Positions 48,872 to 58,719 of a DNA stretch of 64,000 nucleotides are shown in pieces. The first letter of the stretch is position 1; every line of letters begins with the position of its first letter. The notes under the pieces were generated by a model that saw only the letters and a list, made by a program, of their open reading frames with translations, had not been told where the DNA came from and searched no databases. The position numbers and the translations under genes were made by a program. Origin of the DNA: Pseudomonadota bacterium (GTDB lineage Bacteria; Bdellovibrionota; Bdellovibrionia; Bdellovibrionales; Bdellovibrionaceae); the NCBI GenBank assembly GCA_041178425.1, contig JBEGVH010000020.1, positions 64,001 to 128,000 of the forward strand. The letters are read 5' to 3'.

Positions 48872-51130
48872 CTAACGACCAACACACTTCAGTTCACTCA
48901 GTTTTTTCGAAACTCTCATTGCAAGGTTCTGAAAACCGCGGTTCACCAAGTTATACTCCGTCTTTAAAATGAGCGAATTCCTATCTTCTTTTCCATCAAT
49001 TCTTCGTCTTCCACAAACATCAACAACACCAGATCCTGTTTTACTGTCGATGAAAGTAGAGATATTAGAACAAAAATGCTTAATGGCCATCATGTGATCA
49101 AGAGCGGCTGACCAGTTCAACCAACTCTCCTCCAGTCGCTGACACATCACTTCATGTTGAGCACTTCCAAGAGGAAAGCGCCTTGGAGAAATAAAATCAA
49201 AGGTTTCCTCTTTAACATCTACCAACAAGAGTTCTCGAAATACCGTTTCAGGGAGCACCGAAAACGTTTCATCAATGTAAGTCATCTTTTTACGGCTACT
49301 AACTCTCATCTGGCGAACTTCGTTCATCAAATCCGAAACTGATTGATTGAAAAGACTGATCGCCCGCGAGTGCATATTGTAAGTATGTTGCAACCAACTC
49401 TCTATAGGAGACTTAGTTAAAGTCCAAGCGCCCTTAGAACCAAAAAGAGTATTTCGAAGGCTCTCCATCCGTTGATGGAGCTCCGTTTTCGACATGACAC
49501 TACTATCTTGCGACGCTTTTTCCATGGTTTTAACCACACGCTTCAAGGTTTCGCGATCTTTTTCTAAGGCTGAAGTTCTAGAGTACCAGTCTTTATAAAT
49601 AGGATTTTCACTCCATTTTTTCTCCGAGAGTTGCTCTTGGGCATTGAGCTCTTCTTCAAGTGTTTGAAGGATTCTATCTAAGGTACTGACAAAGCGACTT
49701 GTCGATTGACCGCAATAGCCCATTCGATAGCCACTCACCGACACCACATTGTTTTCGAGTTCCGAAATCGCAACTTCATACTGTCTGGATGTTGCTTTGA
49801 GAGAAATGCGATTATGAGGAATACCAATCTCTAATATTTTTTTAAAATTTGTGTTTATGCTTACTGGAAACAAACCTGCCTTATGATTTTCGATAATTTC
49901 CATTCCCAAGGAGCAGGCCATAGCATCATCTGTTACGCGAGCTAAATACTTTTTCAGTTCCTGAAGTGACCGCATGTCTGCGTACATCTGACTGCGAATA
50001 TCATCGATGTGTTTATAAAAATCCTGGCGATTTTGAAGAATTTCGTTCAGCGAACTCCCCAGATTCTGCTGATTATAAAACATGACCTGATTCAATTGGT
50101 TGATTTCTCGAGTTAACATTTCAATTTGTCCGCTCTGAGCTAACTTCAAATAACGAACTTTTGTTGCTACTCGGTTGTATTCACAAGTGGCTTTTAAAAC
50201 TGTTTGTCGGTGCTCATAGCGGTTCATATCAAGAATTTTGTTCGAAGACAGTTGACCAACAACTTTAACCACACCAGCCAAACCAACAACACCAAGTACA
50301 TAAGGAACGGCCACTGTCATGCTCGATGCCGCTGCCGCAGCAAACAAAGCATAGGGAGCTACGCCCGTCACCAAGTCACTCAGCGCTACGAGAGCCGTCC
50401 CTGCTGTCATCATTTCTCGACCGCATCGAGAGTTGATAAGAGAATTATTATTAAGAGTCTCGGTAAGGTAGTTAATACCCATAAGCATTGTCTGAAGTTG
50501 CCCATCAAAAGTTGCCAGGTTTTCATTGAGATGCTCGGGGTCGTTCCAAATTCGTCGCAATTCGCCAGCGGATGTTCTCATTTGCTCTTGAACTTTAAGG
50601 GAGTTACCCAAGTTTGATTCATTTCGACATTCAGGTACTGTTTGAATAGCCCTTTCTAGAGTATCTAAAGCGGCCAGTAAATCGGCGTTTCCTTCTTGAT
50701 CAATAAGAGGACAAGCATAATTGAGTGTAATAGTTCCACCCGGGTAGCTTGGGTAACCTGGATTACTTGGATATGTCGGATACCCAGGGTTTGTAGGGTA
50801 AGTGGGATATGAGGGAACTGTTGGCGCACCAGGGTTTGTAGGCACAGAAGGATTCGTAGGAACTGATGGTGATGGAACAGTCGGTAATGGCGTCGGTGTG
50901 CCTCCAGGCCACGCGGGAGCTGTATTTCCTCGCCCGATAGGAACACTTGGATCCAAAGGGTTTGCTGGAAGCCCCGGAATTCCGATTCCAACGGTCGGCC
51001 CACTTATCGCCGGTGTTGTCGGCAAAGGGAGCGGAACAACGGGTGGTAAGCCAGGTCCAAATGGATTAGCCATTAATTGGCTACTAATAAAAAGCAGCGA
51101 AATAGTCAGAGATAGTAATCGACGAAGCAT
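48872..51130 (-). CDS. secreted hypothetical protein with Pro-rich N-terminus and helical body
   Basis: Signal peptide, ~110-aa Pro-rich tract (PSVPTNP, PxYP repeats), central hydrophobic hairpin, coiled coils. Confidence 0.75.
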   Translation of the reverse strand: MLRRLLSLTISLLFISSQLMANPFGPGLPPVVPLPLPTTPAISGPTVGIGIPGLPANPLDPSVPIGRGNTAPAWPGGTPTPLPTVPSPSVPTNPSVPTNPGAPTVPSYPTYPTNPGYPTYPSNPGYPSYPGGTITLNYACPLIDQEGNADLLAALDTLERAIQTVPECRNESNLGNSLKVQEQMRTSAGELRRIWNDPEHLNENLATFDGQLQTMLMGINYLTETLNNNSLINSRCGREMMTAGTALVALSDLVTGVAPYALFAAAAASSMTVAVPYVLGVVGLAGVVKVVGQLSSNKILDMNRYEHRQTVLKATCEYNRVATKVRYLKLAQSGQIEMLTREINQLNQVMFYNQQNLGSSLNEILQNRQDFYKHIDDIRSQMYADMRSLQELKKYLARVTDDAMACSLGMEIIENHKAGLFPVSINTNFKKILEIGIPHNRISLKATSRQYEVAISELENNVVSVSGYRMGYCGQSTSRFVSTLDRILQTLEEELNAQEQLSEKKWSENPIYKDWYSRTSALEKDRETLKRVVKTMEKASQDSSVMSKTELHQRMESLRNTLFGSKGAWTLTKSPIESWLQHTYNMHSRAISLFNQSVSDLMNEVRQMRVSSRKKMTYIDETFSVLPETVFRELLLVDVKEETFDFISPRRFPLGSAQHEVMCQRLEESWLNWSAALDHMMAIKHFCSNISTFIDSKTGSGVVDVCGRRRIDGKEDRNSLILKTEYNLVNRGFQNLAMRVSKKLSELKCVGR

Positions 51131-51259
51131 GAGACGTACTCCTGTGATTTATTACATCCCGAACGCGAAGATTGGCCAGACCCGCAATCGCCAGAGTCAA
51201 CCTGCTTCACTTCACACCCAGTTGAAGTTTCCGCCAGACTATTGAGCAATCTTAATACC

Positions 51260-51291
51260 AAAAAAAAACCCCTGGTTTGGCCAGGGGTTTT
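51260..51291 (-). terminator. intrinsic terminator of rplM-rpsI
   Basis: AAAACCCCTGG-TTTGG-CCAGGGGTTTT with 5' A9 tract. Confidence 0.85.
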
Positions 51292-51320
51292 GAAAACATA
51301 AAGTTTGTAAAACGTAGATA

Positions 51321-51716
51321 TTAACGTTTTGAGAACTGACAGCTTCTACGAGCGCCGTGTTTACCGTATTTTTTACGTTCAACCATACGTGGATCACGAG
51401 TCAAGAAGCCAGCTTTTTTAAGAGCAGCTCTTAATTCAGGATTGTAAGCAGTTAATGCGCGAGAAATTCCAAGTCTTAGAGCACCAGCTTGTCCAGACTC
51501 ACCGCCACCAGCAACAGTCGCGTTGATATCGAATTTGCCAACTTGGTTAATAATATCAAAAGGCTGAAGCATGATCATGCGAGAAATAGCATTCTTAAGA
51601 GCCTTTTCAGGTTCAGCTCCGTTGACCGTCACTTTACCTTTTCCTGGTTTAAGAAATACACGAGCCGCGCTGGTTTTTCTTCTTCCTGTACCGTAGTAAT
51701 ACTTTTCAGCAGCCAT
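51321..51716 (-). CDS. rpsI: 30S ribosomal protein S9
   Basis: [37 protein letters not shown]. Confidence 0.98.
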   Translation of the reverse strand: MAAEKYYYGTGRRKTSAARVFLKPGKGKVTVNGAEPEKALKNAISRMIMLQPFDIINQVGKFDINATVAGGGESGQAGALRLGISRALTAYNPELRAALKKAGFLTRDPRMVERKKYGKHGARRSCQFSKR

Positions 51717-51733
51717 CGATCCTTATCCTTTAC

Positions 51734-52168
51734 TTAGTGTTTGATGGTCAATGTTTGTGGTTTTTGAGCCTCATGAGTATGATTAGGGCCAGCAAAAACT
51801 TTCAATTTAGTAAGAATGTCTCTAGAAAGACGGTTAGTTGGCAACATACCGCGCACAGCTTCCTTAATAATAAAGGAAGGGTCTTTTTCTAACATCTGCT
51901 CAGCAGTCAATTCTTTCAAAGAACCGAAGAAACGAGTGTGGCTGTAGTACTTTTTGCTCAACCATTTGTTTCCAGTCATATTGATTTTTTCACAGTTAAC
52001 GATAACGACGAAATCACCGCAATCAACATTTGGAGTGAAAGTAGGCTTGTTTTTACCACGCAAAATGTTTGCAACTTCAGTCGAAAGACGACCTAATGTT
52101 AAATCAGTGGCATCAATAACCCACCAAGCTCTGTTAACTTCATCCGTTTTTGCAATCCACGTTTTCAT
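51734..52168 (-). CDS. rplM: 50S ribosomal protein L13
   Basis: WWVIDA..LGRL..LRGKNKPTFTPNVDCGD, AVRGMLP; ATG 52168. Confidence 0.98.
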   Translation of the reverse strand: MKTWIAKTDEVNRAWWVIDATDLTLGRLSTEVANILRGKNKPTFTPNVDCGDFVVIVNCEKINMTGNKWLSKKYYSHTRFFGSLKELTAEQMLEKDPSFIIKEAVRGMLPTNRLSRDILTKLKVFAGPNHTHEAQKPQTLTIKH

Positions 52169-52247
52169 AAATTCGCTCCAAACAAAGGTTCCAAACATAG
52201 GAACCCGCTAATTCTGACAATCGGAAGTGAATCTTTTAGATTCCTAG

Positions 52248-53027
52248 CTACCTAATGTCAAGAGTCCTCGGATAATAAACTTTGACTAAAAACAAACCTT
52301 GAGGCGGAGCCGCATATCCCGCCTGGGTTCGATCCTTAGCCAATAGAAGCTTTTTAAGATCTTCTGGGGTGCGCTTCTTCTGCATATAATAGAGCTGCGT
52401 CCCCACGAGATTACGAACCATTTGCTTTAAAAAACCATTTCCGGTGACTTCAAAATAATAGAGGTGCGGCCTTTTTTGTACCCAGCGGGCCTTGTAGATA
52501 TTTCTTACTGTGTTCGAAATATCAGTGCCAACTGATTGAAAACTTTTAAAATCATGAGTCCCTTCGAGCACTTGAGCAAGAGACTGTAAATGCTCTAAAT
52601 CAAAACGATGAGGATACCAATGGCAGAACCGCCCTAAAAAGGTCGGCCCCGTCGCCTTAGTTGAAATAACGTAACGGTAGGTTTTGGCCTTGGCTGAAAA
52701 TAATGAATGAAACTCAGAATCAACCAACTTTGCCGACTGAACAACCATGGTCGTTGGCAACATCGCCCTCATCGCTTTAACCAAGTTAATGGCCTCTGGG
52801 TTTCTCGGTGCATCAAAATGGACGACTTGGGCCATGGCATGAACCCCCGCATCGGTCCTACCCGAAGCAACACATTTGATAGATTGGTTAAAAACTCGAG
52901 CCAAGGCTCCCTCAAGAGACTCCTGAATACTGGGCTTTAAAGATTGGTTCTGCTTCTGCCAACCACAGAAGTCTGTTCCATCATAAGAGAGAACGAGCTT
53001 AACACGGTATTTTTCGGGGTTATTCAT
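52248..53027 (-). CDS. truA: tRNA pseudouridine(38-40) synthase
   Basis: SYDGTDFCGWQ, SGRTDAGVHA, GTHDF, GFLKQMVR, APPQGL. Confidence 0.97.
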   Translation of the reverse strand: MNNPEKYRVKLVLSYDGTDFCGWQKQNQSLKPSIQESLEGALARVFNQSIKCVASGRTDAGVHAMAQVVHFDAPRNPEAINLVKAMRAMLPTTMVVQSAKLVDSEFHSLFSAKAKTYRYVISTKATGPTFLGRFCHWYPHRFDLEHLQSLAQVLEGTHDFKSFQSVGTDISNTVRNIYKARWVQKRPHLYYFEVTGNGFLKQMVRNLVGTQLYYMQKKRTPEDLKKLLLAKDRTQAGYAAPPQGLFLVKVYYPRTLDIR

Positions 53028-53052
53028 TGTGGGAGGTCTAACGTCGCCCTAA

Positions 53053-53961
53053 TTAAAAGTCAAAACCCAGACCTAAATTTAAGAGATTGCTTGAAATATC
53101 TATTTTGTCGTTAAAACTTTGAATGCGACGAAATTCTACATCAAGCCATAAATTATTGATGCCGTACTCAGCATCTAAATTGGCAACACTGGCCGCGTCT
53201 AATTTTCCTAGATTGAGTCTAACTCCCCCACTGGCTTGAGCTGCAGGAACAAATTCATATTTGCTCTTTTTACTGTCGTCTCGTCGCTCAACCAAAACTG
53301 CTGGCACCCCACCCCCCGAAAAGTAAGGAACCATCCAAGGGTGACTCGAGTACTGCATTCGATAAATAAAACTCACGTGGGGAAGTAAAACATACAGCGT
53401 ATATTGTTCACGGGCTTCCTCGCCCGTATCAACAAACCGACCTTGGCCACTCGTAGAACCTAATCCTGCACCAACATTTATGATCCACTGACCGTATTTT
53501 CTGAGTGCGAGCCAATCGTAATCAACTAAAACCAAAGGTAAGTTGCTCGATCCATAAATATCTTCGTAAAAAAAACCGCTGGTATTTTGCAGAGGGATTG
53601 GAGGCATCTGTCCAGCACGAATACTGGCCGAACCATCCAAGCTTGATTCATCACCGGCATAAACATAACTGCCATCGCTTGTCACATTCAATAAGCCGCG
53701 CTCATAGTTTTCTGGTTTTGCAACTACCTTCACATCATCATCATAAAACCGCTCAGAGCTAGCTTTGTCTTCTTCGTAGTAATACCCGTCTTCTTCATCA
53801 ACCCTTAAAAATCCTTTTCGTGGATCCTGCGGATTCCAGCGAGGAAGCCCCTCATCCTGCACTTGAGGCTCTGTCTCTCTGGCCGTCGCACGCTGGGGAA
53901 GATGACCCATCATTACAATAAGTGACACGATGGCCAAAGAAGGAAAGCTAAACTTAATCAC
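53053..53961 (-). CDS. outer-membrane beta-barrel protein
   Basis: Signal peptide; alternating beta-strands; C-terminal LNLGLGFDF BAM-type signal. Confidence 0.75.
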   Translation of the reverse strand: MIKFSFPSLAIVSLIVMMGHLPQRATARETEPQVQDEGLPRWNPQDPRKGFLRVDEEDGYYYEEDKASSERFYDDDVKVVAKPENYERGLLNVTSDGSYVYAGDESSLDGSASIRAGQMPPIPLQNTSGFFYEDIYGSSNLPLVLVDYDWLALRKYGQWIINVGAGLGSTSGQGRFVDTGEEAREQYTLYVLLPHVSFIYRMQYSSHPWMVPYFSGGGVPAVLVERRDDSKKSKYEFVPAAQASGGVRLNLGKLDAASVANLDAEYGINNLWLDVEFRRIQSFNDKIDISSNLLNLGLGFDF

Positions 53962-55357
53962 GCATCACTCTCCGCATTACAAAAAATCCCAGCACGAAGG
54001 CAAAAGAAGAAAGAAGAATAAAAGCCTGTAAACCATAGGTGATCACCCACTGTGCCATCATAATTACAGGACTAAGTGTGGCACGAACGGCCGCTCGTGC
54101 CGCTTCTCTTTTTTTGATTTTTTTGGCCCACTTGGGGCTGTTATTATAATATTGCTTTACGAACCAACGACCGATCACGTTGGTTTTTAGAAAGCGATCT
54201 CGAAATTCTCTCAATATATAAAGCTGAGGAGCCGTCGACGAACCGTAGGCGGCCGTGGCAATAAAACACTCTTTACCATCGAGTAGGCCCGACACCTCTC
54301 CAGGAACGGCCGTATGATTAAGACAATTGAGGTAGGCAGAAGCGCCTCCAACCGTTTGATCGGCAGAAAAATAAGAAACGTTTCCAGCAGCATCGACGTT
54401 TGCAAACCGAAAGTAATAGCGCTCGCCATTGATTAAGCCATCAATAGTAGAATCGTCGAGATAAACATCATTTTTACTGTCTGAGGTGAAGGTCAGATCC
54501 TTATAATCGGAGGCCGATGTGACCGCGGTGGCAAAATTCGCGTCCGCACAGGAGAGAGGGCCTACACTATAATAGACGCGAAGGTATTTGAGGGGAACAT
54601 TATCTGGCCCAATAGTTGATACAAAGCCATCGACGATGCCGGTGTTGGTGATATAGGCCTTTTCGTCGCCTCTCTCTACTTCCATGTAACAAAAGCCCCC
54701 AGTGCCCTGAGTGTTCGGACCCGGCGGACAAGCTGTAAAGTATTGGTTAGAACTTGCGTTTTGGCCGGCCACTGAAACCTGAAAGGTTTCGAATTCATCG
54801 AGGGTATTATCTGCTTGGGTACTCAAACCGAATTGAATGGAATCGCTTTTATTAACAGAACAATCAGCACCCGCCTCAATAGCCGAACAGAGATCAGACC
54901 ATTTCACCGTGATATAAAGGGTCGTACTCGTGGATAAAGTAGTGCTGGCATCGGTGGGAATTATTTTTCTAGAAGCTCCTGTCACCAAAAACAAGGTGGT
55001 AGTGTTCGTGATGACCGATGAATTATCCGTTTGAAACTCAATTCTTAAAAGCGTGTCGGGACGAATTCGATTCGCATTGCAAGGCTGGTTTAAGTTCGTG
55101 CAATTGTTGCATGTTGCTGCGGGATCCACGCCGCTTGCACATTCACCATTCAACACCGAACCAGCAATTCCCCCATAAACGCGAATGCCCTGAGTTGTCG
55201 TTGTTGAACCACCCGTCGAGGTGCTACTCGTCGTATCGGGCATGATCACGTTGGAGGCATTGTAAATCTTTATAGATGTGAGGGGAATCTTAGACCAAGC
55301 TTTACTCAGAGATAAGAGACAAAATAGAAATAAAATATTCTTGGTGAATGCTATCAT
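53954..55357 (-). CDS. Cys-rich exported protein with CFI-box-CTERM domain
   Basis: Signal peptide; FN3-like GLINGERYYFRFANVDAAGN; CFIATAAYGS..LREFRDRFL..GRWFVKQYYNNSP, then TM and basic tail. Confidence 0.82.
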   Translation of the reverse strand: MIAFTKNILFLFCLLSLSKAWSKIPLTSIKIYNASNVIMPDTTSSTSTGGSTTTTQGIRVYGGIAGSVLNGECASGVDPAATCNNCTNLNQPCNANRIRPDTLLRIEFQTDNSSVITNTTTLFLVTGASRKIIPTDASTTLSTSTTLYITVKWSDLCSAIEAGADCSVNKSDSIQFGLSTQADNTLDEFETFQVSVAGQNASSNQYFTACPPGPNTQGTGGFCYMEVERGDEKAYITNTGIVDGFVSTIGPDNVPLKYLRVYYSVGPLSCADANFATAVTSASDYKDLTFTSDSKNDVYLDDSTIDGLINGERYYFRFANVDAAGNVSYFSADQTVGGASAYLNCLNHTAVPGEVSGLLDGKECFIATAAYGSSTAPQLYILREFRDRFLKTNVIGRWFVKQYYNNSPKWAKKIKKREAARAAVRATLSPVIMMAQWVITYGLQAFILLSSFAFVLGFFVMRRVMRD

Positions 55358-55473
55358 TATTTAAAGCTCAACAGGGCGACTTAGGTCTGTCAATGATCAG
55401 GCCCTAAGCCGCAAGAATCCGCGATCTGAACTAGACCGTAGTCGAGATTCGATTGCCAAAGTTTGACCGAGCC

Positions 55474-56385
55474 TTAGTCGGCTCCTTCATAAACTTCTTC
55501 TCCGTCTTCGTCTTCGAGAAGATCTTGAGTTGAAGTTCCAGGCATTGGTGTTGGCAAATACACGCCACTGGCCCGAATTTTACGAGCGCTTTTTCCCCAT
55601 CTAAAAATACCAAAAATCGCACCAAGCACTGCGTAGGTAAGAAACAAGATAAACAAATTCACTTCTGGGCGAATCAAAATGGCTGTAAATATAGACACTC
55701 CCAAAACCAGGTATCGAAAAGGAAGTCGACCCTTCAAATCTAGATCTTTAAAACTACGATAACGAAAGGTACTCACCATCACGAAGGCAAGCAAAAATGT
55801 CATGATTAGAAGACCCATATTACCTGTGGGATTTAGCCCAAGATCATTAAAGGCCAAGACCGAGCTGGCCACAATACCCGCCGCCATCGGAATCGGTAGC
55901 CCTTGAAAATAACTTTTCTCTATAATGTTAGCCTGAACATTGAATCGAGCCAATCGCAGAGCTCCGCAAGTCACAAAGAGAAAGCTAGCAATCCAACCAA
56001 TTCGGCCAAAGGGGTTTAACGCCCACTGGTGCAATAGCAGGGCTGGCGCCATTCCGAAACTACAGAGATCACAAAGAGAGTCGTATTCTGCACCAAACTT
56101 ACTTGTAGAATGCGTAAGTCGAGCTAATCGACCGTCCATTAAATCAAAAAAAGAAGCGGCAACTATAAAATAGGCAGCTTGGAGAAAATCACCCTTGATG
56201 GCGTGGATGATCGCATAGAAACCGCAGAACAAATTTCCGGTGGTTACGATATTAGGTAAAACATAGATATGCATCGCCAAACGACGCGGCTTAGTGTCTT
56301 CCATGGGTTGTATTATTTCCTTTTTAGTAAGTGTATTCATTAGAAGCGGCTCCAAATAAACAATCCCATTAGAGATTAGCCCCAA
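55474..56385 (-). CDS. pssA: CDP-diacylglycerol--serine O-phosphatidyltransferase (start probably further downstream)
   Basis: LPNIVTTGNLFCGF, DLMDGRLAR..FGAEYDSLCD, LRLARFN, FQGLPIP. Confidence 0.93.
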   Translation of the reverse strand: MGLISNGIVYLEPLLMNTLTKKEIIQPMEDTKPRRLAMHIYVLPNIVTTGNLFCGFYAIIHAIKGDFLQAAYFIVAASFFDLMDGRLARLTHSTSKFGAEYDSLCDLCSFGMAPALLLHQWALNPFGRIGWIASFLFVTCGALRLARFNVQANIIEKSYFQGLPIPMAAGIVASSVLAFNDLGLNPTGNMGLLIMTFLLAFVMVSTFRYRSFKDLDLKGRLPFRYLVLGVSIFTAILIRPEVNLFILFLTYAVLGAIFGIFRWGKSARKIRASGVYLPTPMPGTSTQDLLEDEDGEEVYEGAD

Positions 56386-57025
56386 AGAGCCGAAATAAAA
56401 GCGTTAGTCCTGTTGCACTCATCAGTGGAAGCGTAAGGTTGTCATCGAGCTTTCCTATCGGCAAGAGCTCAGATAATGCACCGATAAAACCCGCTAGTAC
56501 TCCCACGATTAGAAGCTTATCCAGTAGAATTCCATTCACATAAAGATATCCCATCGTAGCAAGAGTGCAAACAACAAAGGCAGCGAGAAATCCCTGTAAA
56601 CTTTTTTGCCCTAATATTTTGTCTTTTCCATAGAGAATACCAACGCAGCTCGCAATCGGATCGGCGAAAGCCAAAAATAATAACGATAGCCCCACAATTT
56701 TAGGCGAAAAAACCAAAACAATTAAAAGAACACCTGAGAGCAAGTAAGAGTTTCCCGATAAGCGATTAACCTCATTCTCTCGGATCACCAATTGAAACAA
56801 ATTAACAAAAATTTCGTTTAAACGAGACGAGTATTGACGGATCAAATCGGGAACAACAAAGATCATCATGGCACCCAAGAGAAGAATGATGGCATTCTCC
56901 CGAGAGACGCGCTGATGGACAAGCACCATCAATAAAACACCCAACATATGCCAGGTCTTGCGGGCCAGATGCAAATCTGATCTTCTTTTGAATGCCCTCG
57001 CTACCATTCGCTTTCTCCCTCTCAA
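56369..57025 (-). CDS. CTP-dependent diacylglycerol/polyprenol kinase family membrane protein
   Basis: RKTWHM, LAFADPIASCVG..G, KSLQG, DDNLTLP. Confidence 0.82.
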   Translation of the reverse strand: MRGRKRMVARAFKRRSDLHLARKTWHMLGVLLMVLVHQRVSRENAIILLLGAMMIFVVPDLIRQYSSRLNEIFVNLFQLVIRENEVNRLSGNSYLLSGVLLIVLVFSPKIVGLSLLFLAFADPIASCVGILYGKDKILGQKSLQGFLAAFVVCTLATMGYLYVNGILLDKLLIVGVLAGFIGALSELLPIGKLDDNLTLPLMSATGLTLLFRLFGANL

Positions 57026-57127
57026 TTCGTCGAGAGTAACCTATTATAGGGTATGGAGAACCAGCAAGAGACAAAGCAGATCTTAACAAGAAAAAAAGAA
57101 TTGAGCGCGTTAGGCGCACAAGCTAAC

Positions 57128-57622
57128 TTATTGTTTTTCCACAATTATTTCTAGCTTCTGCAGAAGGTTGCCAGTCGCGCCATCAGCAACCTTCATTTCG
57201 AGTTTATTAGTCCCCGATTCAAGGGTGACGTAGTCTGTTGTAAATTCACTTTCGCGCCGAAAAATATTAGCCGTGTATCCATTATTTTTGTTTGTGATAG
57301 TTTTTACGTCTTTTAGACAGCTTCCACTCAACCGAACTTGAGTAATATTTTTGAGAGATTGAATTGAGCTTGCGTCTTCGCAATTCCATTCGATGGTAGT
57401 TATTCGATCAGGTTCAACAAAGGATGATGTCGATTGCGGCAATTCGGCGATACTGGCTGGAGCCCGAGTTGAAGAAACCGTGTTACTAACTCTACGAACG
57501 GAATAAGAATCAGTCTCTGGCTTGGTTACAAGGTCAAAGTAGAGAAGCACAGCCAGTAAGGCAACCAGCGTGGCCAGACTTGTGATACGTGGAGAAAAAA
57601 AACGCCTAAGGACTCTCATCAT
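57128..57622 (-). CDS. membrane-anchored hypothetical protein with RxPAS motif
   Basis: N-terminal TM, STRAPAS, C-terminal Ig-like segment (FTTDYVTLESGTNKL). Confidence 0.7.
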   Translation of the reverse strand: MMRVLRRFFSPRITSLATLVALLAVLLYFDLVTKPETDSYSVRRVSNTVSSTRAPASIAELPQSTSSFVEPDRITTIEWNCEDASSIQSLKNITQVRLSGSCLKDVKTITNKNNGYTANIFRRESEFTTDYVTLESGTNKLEMKVADGATGNLLQKLEIIVEKQ

Positions 57623-57629
57623 GAAAAAG

Positions 57630-57656
57630 TCATCGGCAGATTTTTGACACCCTTGA
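57630..57656 (-). promoter_or_regulatory. sigma28-type promoter
   Basis: Minus strand TCAA-N15-GCCGATGA, 7 nt before ATG 57622. Confidence 0.65.
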
Positions 57657-57820
57657 AGACCAGTGATTTACATTTTAATCGATGAAGCTAAATAAATTTT
57701 GACGCTTCAATAACGCGCTGAAGCCTAAACTTTAATCTGCCCTTTTCATCAGTGGCGACTTTATGTCAAACTACCTCTGAAAACAAACTGGACAAACGTC
57801 AATCACTACGGAGGCTTTTT

Positions 57821-58600
57821 TTGAAAACTAAAGTATTTATCACTGGAACTCTTGCGCTCAGTTTAGCCCTCATCGGCTGCAAACCAAATGCTAAAGATCT
57901 TAAAGAGGCAATTGAAAAAGACCCTAGTATCGTTTTCGTTGCCATTGAAAAAGCGCCCGATCAGTTTATTGAAGTGGTAAATAAGGCCGCTCGTGAAGCT
58001 CAAACAAAGCAACAACAAAAAGAAATGGCCGATGAACAAGGTAAACGCGATCAAGAATTTAAAAATCCTCTGAAGCCATCGATCGATGAAAGCCGCCCAT
58101 TAATGGGATCAAAAACTGCTAAAATCACCATCGTTGAATTTTCTGATTTCGAATGCCCTTATTGTTCACGTGGCTACAGCACAATCAAAGAAGTTTTAAA
58201 AGATTACCCGACTGAAGTTAGGGTTCTTTTCAAACACCTTCCCTTAGACTTCCATCCAAAAGCACTTCCTGCAGCTAAATATTACGAAGCCATTGCATTA
58301 CAAGATCATGCTAAAGCAATTCAATTTCATGATCAGATTTTCCAAAACCAAGACAAACTTCGTAAGGAAGGTGAAGACTACATGAAAAAGATCGCCAAGG
58401 ATCTTGGCATCAACATGAAAAAACTCGAGAAAGACGTCGCATCTGATGAGGTTATGGCAAAAATCCAGGCCGACATCGACGAAGCTAAGAGCTTTGAAAT
58501 CAGCGGCACCCCTGGCTTCATTATCAATGGTGTTTCTCTTCGTGGAGCTTATCCATTCAGCGAATTCAAGGCCATCATAGACAAACATCTTGGCAAATAA
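57821..58600 (+). CDS. DsbA-family thioredoxin-fold lipoprotein
   Basis: TTG start after GGAGG; LIGC lipobox; EFSDFECPYC; GTPGF. Confidence 0.9.
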   Translation: MKTKVFITGTLALSLALIGCKPNAKDLKEAIEKDPSIVFVAIEKAPDQFIEVVNKAAREAQTKQQQKEMADEQGKRDQEFKNPLKPSIDESRPLMGSKTAKITIVEFSDFECPYCSRGYSTIKEVLKDYPTEVRVLFKHLPLDFHPKALPAAKYYEAIALQDHAKAIQFHDQIFQNQDKLRKEGEDYMKKIAKDLGINMKKLEKDVASDEVMAKIQADIDEAKSFEISGTPGFIINGVSLRGAYPFSEFKAIIDKHLGK

Positions 58601-58648
58601 TCTACCCCGCTATCTTCCATTAAATTGAATCTATTTATAGACTCGCCT

Positions 58649-58674
58649 AAAGCCCCTCTCTCGAGGGGCTTTTT
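58649..58674 (+). terminator. intrinsic terminator
   Basis: AAAGCCCCTC-TCTC-GAGGGGCTTTTT. Confidence 0.85.
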
Positions 58675-58719
58675 CTTTGCTCAATTGACCGAAGAATCTC
58701 GCAATGTTGTGATTAAAGA

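Noticed and set aside
50802..51245. 147-aa Gly-rich plus-strand ORF
   Set aside because: Antisense shadow of the Pro-rich tract of the 752-aa gene.
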